Positions 39,389-48,618 of a DNA stretch of 64,000 nt are shown here, piece after piece. Where the stretch lies: positions 42,871-106,870 of IMG/VR virus record IMGVR_UViG_3300021403_000004; one strand, given 5' to 3'. Numbering within the stretch: position 1 is the first letter of the stretch; each line of letters starts with the position of its first letter. Under the pieces are notes generated by a model. That model was not told where the DNA came from. It worked only from the letters and a program-made list of their open reading frames with translations, and searched no databases. A program made the position numbers and the translations under genes. The DNA is from a virus. Lineage: Duplodnaviria > Caudoviricetes.

Positions 39389-39610
39389 TTAGCGGACCTG
39401 TCCCAGGAACCGCGCCCAGGCGGCCGGGCTGAACTCCAGGACGGGGCTGGCCTCCCTGAGCTGAGTGTCCCGGACACCTACCATCCCCGGGCCAGTCCCG
39501 GCTCCGACGCACCCGCCGTTGTGCACGCTGTAACTAGCCTTGCGCCAGGTCCCGGCCTCCACGCAATTACCACCCGTGGTGCCGCTGTAACTGGACTTGC
39601 GCCATGTCAT
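39389..39610 (-). CDS. DUF397 protein with duplicated N-terminal motif
   Basis: WRKSSYS...NCVE twice; VRDT...L.F...AW..F. Confidence 0.9.
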   Translation of the reverse strand: MTWRKSSYSGTTGGNCVEAGTWRKASYSVHNGGCVGAGTGPGMVGVRDTQLREASPVLEFSPAAWARFLGQVR

Positions 39611-39626
39611 GCCCGTGCCACTCCCT

Positions 39627-39809
39627 TCAGCGGACCTGTCCCAGGAACCGCGCCCAGGCGGCCGGACTGAACTCCAGGACCGGGCTGCCGCCCCTCAGCT
39701 GGGTATCCCGGACGCCTACCACTCCAGGGGCCGTGCCCGCCTCCACGCAATTACCGCCTTGCGAGCCACTGTAACTGGACTTGCGCCAAGTCGCCGTCTC
39801 TATCATCAC
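39627..39809 (-). CDS. DUF397 protein
   Basis: WRKSSYS..GGNCVE...VRDT...LEFSPAAWARF. Confidence 0.9.
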   Translation of the reverse strand: MMIETATWRKSSYSGSQGGNCVEAGTAPGVVGVRDTQLRGGSPVLEFSPAAWARFLGQVR

Positions 39810-40060
39810 GCCGACCAGGATAACTCCTCCGGGGCCTCCGTGAAGGTGATCGCGATTTCCTTGCCGAGCCGGTCCACGAAGAACCCGGCCGCACCCTCAT
39901 TGCGGATGGTCATCTGGACGGAGCCGTTCGGGGTGGCCGATGCCCAGTCCCGGTTGTGCTCGCCGCGCGACACTGCCTGCAGCTTGACCGTCGTCGCTGC
40001 GGGGTCCCAGGCCGCGCGCTCGTACCCGCTGACGTAAAACCGCGCTTCCACCATGGCCAT
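39806..40060 (-). CDS. Conserved hypothetical phage protein
   Basis: ARF...V.L.AV...N..WA.ATP.G...MTI.N..A..F. Confidence 0.7.
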   Translation of the reverse strand: MAMVEARFYVSGYERAAWDPAATTVKLQAVSRGEHNRDWASATPNGSVQMTIRNEGAAGFFVDRLGKEIAITFTEAPEELSWSA

Positions 40061-40215
40061 GACCGGGGCTCCTCGCTGAAGTTTCTGCTGCTGCCTGCAC
40101 TGGATCACGGCTGCGAAGGGGCTTCAGGCCCAGTCCGGCCATTTTTGAGTATAGGCTATCCACGTTCAGCAGGGCAGCAGCCATTATGCAACAGCCAGCC
40201 ACGCCCCGCGAGCGC

Positions 40216-43167
40216 TTACCTGACCGACTTGTGCACGTCATAAGACCGGCGCTTCTTGTTGAGCGCCCAGTAGGCGAGCGTCGCGGCAGTCACCGGAGTG
40301 ATGTCATCCTCGCTCGTGCGCCGGGACCAGCCGCGCCCGCCATCGCCGATGTCCCGCGTCTGGGCGCTGGCAATCGCGCTCCACAAGGCGGGCGCCTTCT
40401 CCTTGCCCAGGTGGATCACGCGCCGCCCGCGGACGCCCGTCACCATCAGGGCGAAGGCGGCCGCCTCGTCACCGGAGCCGGCCACCAGGACCTCGATCCC
40501 GGCGCGCTCGGCCGCGTCCGCCAGCGCCGCCGCCGGGCCATTGCGCGGGATGCAGACCGCTGCCGGGCGCCAGTGCCTCTTCAGCTCCGCCAGCCGGGCG
40601 ACCACCCAGTCGGTTCCCTCGCGGGAGCAGCCCCGCGGGATCTCCAGCACCGTGCGGTACGGTTGCTGCTCCTGCCGTGCCGAGCGCACCGGGCGCCCGT
40701 CAGCGTCCACCTTGACGACCCGGAGCTGCGGCTGCTGCGGCTGCTCCGGGCGCTCCCAGGCTGCCGCGATGGTGGCCACCGTCATCTCCGGGTTCACGTC
40801 CACCGCGAACGCCAGTGGCTGCACGGCGCCACCCGGCTCAGCCATCCCGCACGCGGCCCAGGCTTCCTCGGACACCACGGCCCAGGCTTCCTCTTCTGCA
40901 GGCCAGTCGCCGATGCCCAGCCGCTCGCGATCGAACTGGGCAGGCGTCAGGGCGGCGAACTCCTTGCGCACGTGCTCGTAGCTGATCCGGGAGCCGAACG
41001 CGGGATTGGCCTTGGCCCAGGTGCGCGGGTCGTCCCGGTCATCGTGCTTGCCGCACACGATGTAGTGATTGTCCTTGCGCCCGCGGACCTCATCACGCGG
41101 GCACGTGTCCAGGTGCGGGTCAGCCGACCATTCCGCGCCCGCCACCGTGGGGTCCTGCCGCAGCAGGCGACGGCGCACGAGGGAGAGCTGGACGCTGTCC
41201 TTGACCCCGGCCGAGGCCGTGTAGTACATCTGCGGGTTCGGCACGGCCGACAGGGTCGGCATGGACGCGCCCACCTGCTCATCCGTGAGGAACATCGCCT
41301 CATCGTATACAACCACGTCGGCCGTGAAGGCCCGTCCGGAGCCCCGGGACCGGGCCAGGAAGCGCAGCCGGCCCGACACGGACTGCCGCACCCGCTTGCC
41401 GCCCGCTCCGAAGATCAGCGTCGGCGTGGCCCGCAGCTCGATCGCCTCATCGCCGTGGCTGGTCATCACCCGCTTGACCCGGCGGCTCAGCTCGTCATAG
41501 GAGCCGATGGTGTCCCGGACCCGGCGGAAGTGCTCGGCAGCAGCCTTGAACTCGTGCGCGGTGTGGATGATCATCCGCTCGCCGAACAGGAACAACCCGC
41601 CAAGCTCACGCACTTCCAGGCATGAGTTGTGCGTTGGCGTGAACGCCTTCCCCACCAGGTAAACGCCATCTGGCGCGTCCACCTGGATGCAGCGCGTCGG
41701 CACCGACGGCACCGGCCGGATGCCCGTGATGCTCATGACCTCATGCGGCTGCGTCACTTCCCGCATCGTCGCGGGAACCTTGTGCCCTGGCGCGTCCATG
41801 TCGGCATCCCTGAGGCGCCGGTTCCGGTGCATCTGGCACAGTCCCGGGCCCTCACCGCCAAGACGGCCCGCGTACGGGCGCGCGCAGCCAGGCCACTCAC
41901 AGCTCCGGGCCGCGCGCTCCTGAGGGGGACGCCAGCGCTCAGCCTTGCGCGGCATCGCGAACGGGTTGAACGCCGGGGTCCACAGGAACCGGGCGCGGTC
42001 CTTCCTGCGCACGCCGTTCAGTGACGTGGCACCATCATGCCGGGTCACCCGGATGCCGAGGCTGCGCGCCAGCCGCCAGAAGTCCTCGGCCAGGCCGGGC
42101 AGCGTCGTAGTGAACTCAACTTGCGGGGCCTTGTTCGTGATCGCGATCGACCCGTCGCTGTCCATCAGGCCGCGCAGCAGTGCCAGCCGCTGGTCCGGCG
42201 ACGCCGTCAGGTACAGCTCCGGGATGCGCTTCTTGCCAGCTCCCCAGATGCCAAGGTCCTGGCACGCCATGCGATACTTCCCTGGCTCCCTCAAGAGGAA
42301 CCAGATCTCTTGCACCTTGGTGACAGGGTGCTCACGAACACGGTCAACCTCAGCGCCAGCAGACCTGATGGCGCTTTCTACCCAATCCCGGTCCATTTTG
42401 CCTGCAAATATAATCGCACTACGGCTAGCGCCGTCTCCAAGCCAGAAACCCAGCAGGTACGGGTCGATCGGCAGATCTGCCGGGGGTGTCTGCGGGACCG
42501 CATCGCAGCGAACCCTCCAGTTGTACTCCATTCTGCCGTTATCAGGACGCCTGCCTCCAACATCTCCTGCCAGGTCGCGTGTCCGCTTGACTTCCCACTT
42601 CTTGTGATCCCGGCGCCTCACCCGCCAGAGGTGATCCTGACCGACAACGTGTGACGAGCCGTCCGTGAATGAAACCTCATAGCACGGCTCATCCGGAAAG
42701 ACCTCCGTCCTGGCGATTACCCGTGTCGGCCTGCCTCCCGATCCGTAGACCGAATCGCCGACCCGAATATCCTTGAAGGTTGTCCAGCCACGTGATACAG
42801 TGAGGATGTCAGTCGAACAAGCATTCGGGTTCTTGCCGTTCTGGCGGGACACGATCGCCGCTACCTCAAAGGCTGCCCAGCGGCCATCCGGCTGGACCCC
42901 GCATGCCTCTGCCAGCCACCATTTCTGCCAGCCGTCCAGGTCATACCCGCACGACGGCGCCCACTGCAAGAGCTCCGCCGACGCGTAATCCCCGCACCCG
43001 AGGCCGGGATAGCCGCGCTGGCCGCACGTCCGGCACTCAGGGTCCTTCTCCCGGTGCCGGGGCGGCGACGTCCAGAAGCGCGGCAGCTGGCTGCCCAGCA
43101 GCTCACCATCGTAGACCGTCCCGTCCGGGAGGAAGACGAGCGGGCGGCCGAGGGGCTGGGCAGTCAC
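40216..43167 (-). CDS. terL: Large terminase subunit containing an intein
   Basis: VSRQNGK Walker A, HTAHE, SGRAFT.D...DEA, W.KANP, AVDV, DITP..A motifs. Confidence 0.93.
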   Translation of the reverse strand: MTAQPLGRPLVFLPDGTVYDGELLGSQLPRFWTSPPRHREKDPECRTCGQRGYPGLGCGDYASAELLQWAPSCGYDLDGWQKWWLAEACGVQPDGRWAAFEVAAIVSRQNGKNPNACSTDILTVSRGWTTFKDIRVGDSVYGSGGRPTRVIARTEVFPDEPCYEVSFTDGSSHVVGQDHLWRVRRRDHKKWEVKRTRDLAGDVGGRRPDNGRMEYNWRVRCDAVPQTPPADLPIDPYLLGFWLGDGASRSAIIFAGKMDRDWVESAIRSAGAEVDRVREHPVTKVQEIWFLLREPGKYRMACQDLGIWGAGKKRIPELYLTASPDQRLALLRGLMDSDGSIAITNKAPQVEFTTTLPGLAEDFWRLARSLGIRVTRHDGATSLNGVRRKDRARFLWTPAFNPFAMPRKAERWRPPQERAARSCEWPGCARPYAGRLGGEGPGLCQMHRNRRLRDADMDAPGHKVPATMREVTQPHEVMSITGIRPVPSVPTRCIQVDAPDGVYLVGKAFTPTHNSCLEVRELGGLFLFGERMIIHTAHEFKAAAEHFRRVRDTIGSYDELSRRVKRVMTSHGDEAIELRATPTLIFGAGGKRVRQSVSGRLRFLARSRGSGRAFTADVVVYDEAMFLTDEQVGASMPTLSAVPNPQMYYTASAGVKDSVQLSLVRRRLLRQDPTVAGAEWSADPHLDTCPRDEVRGRKDNHYIVCGKHDDRDDPRTWAKANPAFGSRISYEHVRKEFAALTPAQFDRERLGIGDWPAEEEAWAVVSEEAWAACGMAEPGGAVQPLAFAVDVNPEMTVATIAAAWERPEQPQQPQLRVVKVDADGRPVRSARQEQQPYRTVLEIPRGCSREGTDWVVARLAELKRHWRPAAVCIPRNGPAAALADAAERAGIEVLVAGSGDEAAAFALMVTGVRGRRVIHLGKEKAPALWSAIASAQTRDIGDGGRGWSRRTSEDDITPVTAATLAYWALNKKRRSYDVHKSVR
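41626..42828 (-). mobile_element. Class 3 (WCT) intein with LAGLIDADG endonuclease in TerL Walker A (401 aa)
   Basis: Starts at Pro (PNACSTDILT); DHLW, TRCIQV and PTHN/S; YLLGFWLGDG and LLRGLMDSDG. Confidence 0.88.
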
Positions 43168-43250
43168 TCACCCAGTATGCACGAGTCTTGACGACTCCCG
43201 GAAGCAAAAGCTCCGTGGCTGCCTTACCTTGCTTGGCTGCACCTCTTTCT

Positions 43251-43495
43251 TGGCTGGCTGTCGTGCTCTGGCTGCACGCATCGCGTGGCTGGCTGCCGTG
43301 CCCTGGCTGCACGCATCGCGTGGCTGGCTGCCGTGCCCTGGCTGCACGCATCGCGTGGCTGGCTGCCGTGCCCTGGCTGCACGCATCGCGTGGCTGGCTG
43401 CCGTGCCCTGGCTGCACGCATCGCGTGGCTGGCTGCCGTGCCCTGGCTGCACGTCTGCAATGGCTGGCTGTCGCCTTCTGGCTGCACGCTACGCG
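43251..43495. repeat. 35-bp tandem repeat x7 upstream of terL
   Basis: TGGCTGGCTGCCGTGCCCTGGCTGCACGCATCGCG; central copies identical, end copies degenerate; no spacers. Confidence 0.95.
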
Positions 43496-43695
43496 CCCGG
43501 CGGTACTTCCTCTACCTCCAGCAGGGGCCAGCAATGATGGACCATGCCGTCGTCCTGGCGCAGCTCCACGTCGCCGCCGTCCCCGTACCCTAGCAGGACG
43601 CCTTCCTGGACGACGTGCGCGGCTAGCTTAACCTTGACGCGCTTGCCCAGCAGGGACGTCACGTGCGCGTGCCACTGCGTCAGCATCTCGCTCAC
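43489..43695 (-). CDS. Small Sm/SH3-like hypothetical protein
   Basis: LLGKRVKV.L...EGVLLG. Confidence 0.55.
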   Translation of the reverse strand: MSEMLTQWHAHVTSLLGKRVKVKLAAHVVQEGVLLGYGDGGDVELRQDDGMVHHCWPLLEVEEVPPGA

Positions 43696-43883
43696 GGTGC
43701 CGTCACCACGGCCTTCAGGCTGGCCGTGAACTCCTGCCACGCGCCAGCCGGGAACTCCAGCACAGTGCGGCACGCGCTCCCGGCTTGCTTGGTGTCGCGC
43801 ACGCCCACCCCTCCACGGGCCGTGCCAGCCTCCACGCACAGAGCCTGGTTATGCGTGTAGCTGGATGTGCGCCAGCCGTTCAC
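43692..43883 (-). CDS. DUF397 protein
   Basis: WRTSSY...CVE...VRDTK...LEF...AW..F. Confidence 0.85.
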   Translation of the reverse strand: MNGWRTSSYTHNQALCVEAGTARGGVGVRDTKQAGSACRTVLEFPAGAWQEFTASLKAVVTAP

Positions 43884-44199
43884 TCCGGCGGCCTCCCCTC
43901 CGTGAAGTCCACGTACGTGACCGCCCTGGGAACGTCTCGCAGCACGAGCCGCGCAAGCGGGCTGCTGCTGACAGGGCAGTTGCTGAACGACGCGCCCCTG
44001 GCCATCACAGCCCCGCACTGGTCGTCGTCAGCCGGGCGTAAATGCCGCCCGTGAGGATCTCCGCATCGCCGGCGCACGCGCCCTGGCTGTTGCTGAACAC
44101 GGTCTTTCTCCCTTCATCATGGCGGCTGCCGCTCACTGCTGAGCCGCCTGTGAACCTTGTCCCTGGACAGAGCATACAGCAAGAGACTCTGTGCCGTGC

Positions 44200-45099
44200 C
44201 TACTTCGGGATCGGGTAGTTCCGCGAGGTGAGCTGCCCGCGCCAGGGCTGGATCTTGTCCCGCTTCTCACCAGACCGCCAGTAATTCCAGGTCCCGAACA
44301 GCAGCGCCCGGCGCTCGTCCACGGTGTGCGCGGCGCCGCTGCGCAGGCGGGTCAGCTGGTTGCGGAACACCAGGATGGGGTTATCCGGCTTGAGCTCGTC
44401 CCCGTATGCCAGCTTGTTGAAGAACTCCGCTGCCTGGGCAGTGTCCAGCCTGTTCAAGATGATGGTGGCCGTGCCGAGCACGGAGGCCGGCAACGGCACC
44501 ATGATGCGCAGCCGTTCCGCGTACGCTGACGCGGCCTGGACCGCGTCCTGGTGCTCGCGCAGGTAATCGTCGAGCTCCGCCCGGGAAGCCTTCTCGGAGC
44601 CGCCGCTGGGAACCAGCGTCAGGTGCCCGCGGTCCCAGCGCCACATCCCTCGCGTGATGGACGATATGGACGTCGGGTAGGAATAGCCGGCGACCCTAAG
44701 CATGTCGAAGTAATACCGGGGCAGCCCCGTGTCGAACGTGTCCATGACGTCCGGCTCCACGCCCTCCACCAGGAGCAGGAGGACCGCCGTCCCGCTCTTG
44801 GTAACGGCCTCCAGCCGGTGCTGCCCCTGCAGCAGGTTGCCGTCCCGGTCACGGACGACCGTCTCCCCGTTGAACTTCCAGCGCCCTTCGGCCATGTCCC
44901 GGCCATAGGCGTCGCTCACGTAGCCGCGGCGGCTCCGGTTACGGACGCTGGACTGCGCCAGCCACTTGGTGGCCACCTCCGGCGTCATCAAGACGGCCCG
45001 GATGGTGACTCCCTCCGGGGCCCCGGGGACCGGGACGGCTGGCACGCCGAACGGGTCATTGCGAATGTCATCCTGCACCTGCGACGGGTCCTTGCTCAT
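44200..45099 (-). CDS. ParB/Srx-like nuclease-domain protein
   Basis: TPE.A..WL...NR...Y.RDM..G.W..NGE...GQHRL.A...D.G..R motif. Confidence 0.75.
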   Translation of the reverse strand: MSKDPSQVQDDIRNDPFGVPAVPVPGAPEGVTIRAVLMTPEVATKWLAQSSVRNRSRRGYVSDAYGRDMAEGRWKFNGETVVRDRDGNLLQGQHRLEAVTKSGTAVLLLLVEGVEPDVMDTFDTGLPRYYFDMLRVAGYSYPTSISSITRGMWRWDRGHLTLVPSGGSEKASRAELDDYLREHQDAVQAASAYAERLRIMVPLPASVLGTATIILNRLDTAQAAEFFNKLAYGDELKPDNPILVFRNQLTRLRSGAAHTVDERRALLFGTWNYWRSGEKRDKIQPWRGQLTSRNYPIPK

Positions 45100-45395
45100 C
45101 AGCTGCTGCCGTTTCCTTCCCCTGACAGCAAGGCCGTCAGGCGGTTCAGTTCCTTTTCCATCACGCGGTTGCGGCTCTTGAACACCGCCAGCAGGGCCAC
45201 CGCCTCATCCACTGACAAGGCCCTGGTGCCCGCCCTGGTCAGCGACGGGGGCGTGTGTGCGCTCCAGCCCGCATGGCCTGCCTTCTGCATCTCGAACGCG
45301 ATGCGCTCTGACGTCCAGCCGGACTTGATCTGGCTGTGCAGCAGCTTCTTCACCGCGTCACTGATCGTGGTGCTCGTTACGATCCGCGAGTTCAC
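45099..45395 (-). CDS. HTH DNA-binding protein
   Basis: GWTSERIA.EM...G.R.LSVDEAVAL. Confidence 0.55.
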   Translation of the reverse strand: MNSRIVTSTTISDAVKKLLHSQIKSGWTSERIAFEMQKAGHAGWSAHTPPSLTRAGTRALSVDEAVALLAVFKSRNRVMEKELNRLTALLSGEGNGSS

Positions 45396-45696
45396 CTTGA
45401 GACTGCTCCTTTCACCCGCTCACGCTGAGCAGATGTCACAACTATACCCTAAAATACTCTGTTGGCAACCCGGGCGCGACCACGGCAACCGGAGGGCTGC
45501 AGACGGCATGCGAGCAGCGAGCCTGGGTAGCGGCAAGGCCGGAGGCTGCCATGGGACTTGTCAGCGCGATTCTCTTCGGCGTTGCTTTTGTGCTGTAATG
45601 GGCCGGCGGCGGGAAAGCACCGTTCACCCCGGAAGGACCTGACCATCCTCGGGCTGTTCTTCCTGGTCCTGGCCATCATCTTCGGTCCCTGGTGGC

Positions 45697-45903
45697 CTAG
45701 CCGCCGGTAGCCTTCCGGACTGCGGCCTGCCCTGGCTGCACGGGCACGACGACGAGGCTGGCCACGACCGGGAACGGTGCCTGCGCGAGCACGGCGCGCT
45801 CAGCGGCTTCCCGGTTCGCCGCCGTCAGGCCGCAAGTGTAGATGGCGCCAGCCGGGGACTCAGCGCGTGCCTGCCAGGATGCCATGACCGTCATGACCGT
45901 CAC
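45697..45903 (-). CDS. Hypothetical protein
   Basis: 68 aa, overlaps upstream stop. Confidence 0.45.
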   Translation of the reverse strand: MTVMTVMASWQARAESPAGAIYTCGLTAANREAAERAVLAQAPFPVVASLVVVPVQPGQAAVRKATGG

Positions 45904-46181
45904 TCACCGCCTGCCAGCCTGCGCTCCCGGCGCTCCCGGACCTCATCGGTGGCGTCCCCCTTGACCTCTCCGGGGGCCATGTCCCGCAGCTGGGCGAGCG
46001 CCAGCCGGATCTCGCGGGCGTAAAGGGCTGCGTCCCGGGGGGTCAGCGGAACCTCATCTATCTGGCGGGCGCAGTACAGCGCCACGGCAGCCACCCCGCC
46101 CCGGCGCATGTCGGCGGGCAGCCGGGCCAGGTCACTGAGCACGGAGCCTTCCATGGACTGCTCTTCCTGAGGCGGCGTCAT
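45900..46181 (-). CDS. Putative small terminase subunit
   Basis: A..ID...A..RE.R..L..L...DE.R.RR..R pattern of actinophage TerS. Confidence 0.65.
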   Translation of the reverse strand: MTPPQEEQSMEGSVLSDLARLPADMRRGGVAAVALYCARQIDEVPLTPRDAALYAREIRLALAQLRDMAPGEVKGDATDEVRERRERRLAGGE

Positions 46182-46182
46182 G

Positions 46183-46821
46183 TCAGTCTCCGCTTCCCGA
46201 CCTGCTGCGCTCGTCATCGGTGTAGGAAATGCCCGCTGACTGCCCGCGGGCATACCGCGCCGAAGCCGCTGACGCCGCCCGGTAAGAGTCATGCGTGGCC
46301 CGTGGCGTCGCCGTATAGTGCAAGGACCTCTCGCCCGGGATTCCCAGGCTCGCTGCCTCCGCGAAGGCATCAACGTTCGCGCCCACGTAGGCGACCTGCC
46401 ACCCGTACTCCTGCTGCTGCCGGGTGATAAGGTCCCGGACCTGGCTGCGCGTGTACTCCTGAGACGCGTTCTCCTGGCCGTCAGTGGTGATGAGCATGAT
46501 GACCTTCCCGGGCCGGTCGCCCTCCGGCAATGCGGCCAGCTGCTCGCCTGTCCGGGTAATGGCCTGCCCGCACGCGTCCAGCAGTGCGGTCATGGCCCGC
46601 GGCACCAGCTCGTACGACAGCGCGGCCTCCAGGGGGGCGAAGTCGTGCACGGTCTCGGGCACGCTGTCGAACTGGCACAGCGTCATGGTAGCCCGGCCAG
46701 GCAGCGCGGCCTGTTCCTGGATGAAGAGCCGGATGCCTGCCTGCGCTTCAGGCTGGATGGCGGCCATGCTCCCGGACCGGTCCGTGATGAGCAGGTAATG
46801 CCGGTAATCAGGATCAGTCAT
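46183..46821 (-). CDS. von Willebrand factor A domain protein
   Basis: DRSGSM MIDAS, TALLDA.G, ITTDGQENAS. Confidence 0.9.
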   Translation of the reverse strand: MTDPDYRHYLLITDRSGSMAAIQPEAQAGIRLFIQEQAALPGRATMTLCQFDSVPETVHDFAPLEAALSYELVPRAMTALLDACGQAITRTGEQLAALPEGDRPGKVIMLITTDGQENASQEYTRSQVRDLITRQQQEYGWQVAYVGANVDAFAEAASLGIPGERSLHYTATPRATHDSYRAASAASARYARGQSAGISYTDDERSRSGSGD

Positions 46822-46966
46822 CGCCGTCCTCCACGCCGCACTCCTCGTCCAGGTACCCGCCCGCGCCATCAGCCCGGATGGTGTCACCCGGGCTGATGTC
46901 GGCCCCGCACCCGGCACAGCTGCCGTTGTACGCCGCCACGAACCACGGCCCGGGATCCTTGCTCAT
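46814..46966 (-). CDS. Small zinc-finger protein
   Basis: A.Y.G.CAGCG..I.PGD.I; TAGGCT 6 nt before ATG. Confidence 0.55.
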   Translation of the reverse strand: MSKDPGPWFVAAYNGSCAGCGADISPGDTIRADGAGGYLDEECGVEDGDD

Positions 46967-47085
46967 GACGCCAGCCTAGTCCTCCCAGTGCTATACTGCA
47001 ACGGACAGCCATCGGCCATAAGCCAGCCCTGGCAGGATTGCCGCCGGCCACGCTCAGCCAGCGAACTCCAGGAAGGAGCCGGCCC

Positions 47086-47793
47086 GTGCCCCGACTGCTC
47101 GACGGCTGCTGTGGCGCTGGCGGGGCCGCCCGCGGGTACGTGACCGCCGGGTTCGAGGTGCACGGCATCGACAGCAACCCGCGGCTGCGCGAGGATTACC
47201 TGAAATCAGGAGCGGTCAGCTTCACGGTGGCGGACATCATGGACGTGCTCGCTGACGTCGCGTACATGCGGTCCTTCGACGCTATTCACTGCAGCTTCCC
47301 CTGTCAGTTCTACTCCCAGATGTCACGGTGCCGCCCTGGCCTCGCGGCCCAGTACCCTGACCTCATCGGTCCCGGCCGTGAGCTCCTGGAACGGGCGGCC
47401 ATCCCGTACGTCATCGAGAACGTCGGCGCTGCCCGGCCCTGGCTGAAGGATCCCGTCGTGCTCTGCGGCGTGATGTTCGGCCGCCCGGTCTACCGGCACC
47501 GGCTCTTCGAGGCCGGGAACGGGATCACGCTCGCGCAGCCTCCCGCGCCCTGGCAGCAGCGCGCGTCCGCCACGCCATACAACAAAGAGTGCCGGTGGAA
47601 TCACCCGGTTGCCGCCGCGAAAGCCGGGCACTGGAAGCCCGGTTACTACGTCAGCGTCAGCGGGCACGAGCGCAAGGAGCCCGTCCGCGAGGCGATGGCC
47701 ATCGACTGGATGCGCAACCGGGACGACGTCAAGGAAGCGGTACCGCCGTACATGACTCTCGAAATCGGCCGGCAAATCCTGGAGCAGCTGTGA
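47086..47793 (+). CDS. Short DNA cytosine-methyltransferase-like protein
   Basis: LLD.CCGAGGA..GY, H.S.PCQ.YS, YVIENV, RHRLFE, EA.PP..T..IG. Confidence 0.8.
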   Translation: MPRLLDGCCGAGGAARGYVTAGFEVHGIDSNPRLREDYLKSGAVSFTVADIMDVLADVAYMRSFDAIHCSFPCQFYSQMSRCRPGLAAQYPDLIGPGRELLERAAIPYVIENVGAARPWLKDPVVLCGVMFGRPVYRHRLFEAGNGITLAQPPAPWQQRASATPYNKECRWNHPVAAAKAGHWKPGYYVSVSGHERKEPVREAMAIDWMRNRDDVKEAVPPYMTLEIGRQILEQL

Positions 47794-48131
47794 CCTGGAG
47801 CCTTGACTTCGCCCGGAACCCCGAGCGCATCGCGTCACTGACTGAGCTGTACGCGATCACGCCGCTGCGCTTTGACGGGACCACGCCGCACGGCCTGTGC
47901 ACGGCCCCCAGGGACGTGCTGGCCGGCGCGCGCTTCAGGGGCGGCCCCGGGCGGGAAGAAGAGGCCCGGAAAGCGTGGGCCTTCGAGATGAAGGCGTACT
48001 TCCACCGCGGCGTGGGAGAACCGCCGGTCGTCACGTCGTACGACGGTGGCGTGTACACGGTCATCGGCCTCATCACGACAACCCATCCTGGCGACCAGCC
48101 GGATGAGCAGGGCATCGTGTGGTTCACGTGA
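47790..48131 (+). CDS. Hypothetical protein
   Basis: GTGA overlap with upstream stop. Confidence 0.55.
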   Translation: MTWSLDFARNPERIASLTELYAITPLRFDGTTPHGLCTAPRDVLAGARFRGGPGREEEARKAWAFEMKAYFHRGVGEPPVVTSYDGGVYTVIGLITTTHPGDQPDEQGIVWFT

Positions 48132-48229
48132 TTAATGCCAGGGGATGGCCCTCGGGCTGCTTGATGACTTGCGGACAGCACGCGAACTGTCCTGAACACC
48201 GAGAACGTCAGCAGCGGTGAGCACGCAAG

Positions 48230-48298
48230 CACCCCTGCCAGGAGTCGAACCTGGCGGCTGGATTTAGGAAACCCGGCGCCGGGTCCGCCGGCAGGGGC
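48230..48298 (-). tRNA. tRNA-Arg(CCT), reduced D arm
   Basis: GCCCCTG/CAGGGGT acceptor; loop TTCCTAA; GGTTCGACTCC. Confidence 0.8.
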
Positions 48299-48299
48299 C

Positions 48300-48374
48300 T
48301 GGAGTCGCGCCCGGGAGTCGAACCCGGCTTCGCACGGTTTGCAATCGTGCCCCCGCGCCAGCGAGACGCGCGAC
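48300..48374 (-). tRNA. tRNA-Cys(GCA)
   Basis: Loop TTGCAAA; U73 and encoded CCA. Confidence 0.88.
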
Positions 48375-48375
48375 A

Positions 48376-48447
48376 TGGTGTCCCCGTCCGGAGTCGGACC
48401 GGATAGCATTCCTTCGGAGGGAAGGCAGCAGGTCCGCTGCCAGGGAC
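48376..48447 (-). tRNA. tRNA-Arg(CCG)
   Basis: TTCC CTCCGAA GGAA; encoded CCA. Confidence 0.8.
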
Positions 48448-48448
48448 A

Positions 48449-48523
48449 GGAGCCCCTGTCCGATTCGAACGGGTACTCCATTGCCAGCCGCGCGGCCAGC
48501 GGAGACCAATCCAGGGTAGGGGC
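48449..48523 (-). ncRNA. tRNA-like element with a 19-nt anticodon loop
   Basis: GCCCCT/AGGGGC acceptor, TTCGAAT T loop; CTCCG [CTGGC CGCGCGG CTGGC AA] TGGAG. Confidence 0.6.
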
Positions 48524-48533
48524 CTGAACACAG

Positions 48534-48615
48534 TGCGCGACATAGGATTCGAACCTACTCAGCCATAGCACCTGATTTACAGTCAGGTTCCGCTCGCCAT
48601 CTCGGACGATCGCGC
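48534..48615 (-). tRNA. tRNA-Tyr(GTA)
   Basis: CCTGA CTGTAAA TCAGG; variable arm. Confidence 0.9.
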
Positions 48616-48618
48616 AAG

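Noticed and set aside
43251-43495. Possible CRISPR array
   Set aside because: Units are contiguous with no unique spacers, and no cas genes are present
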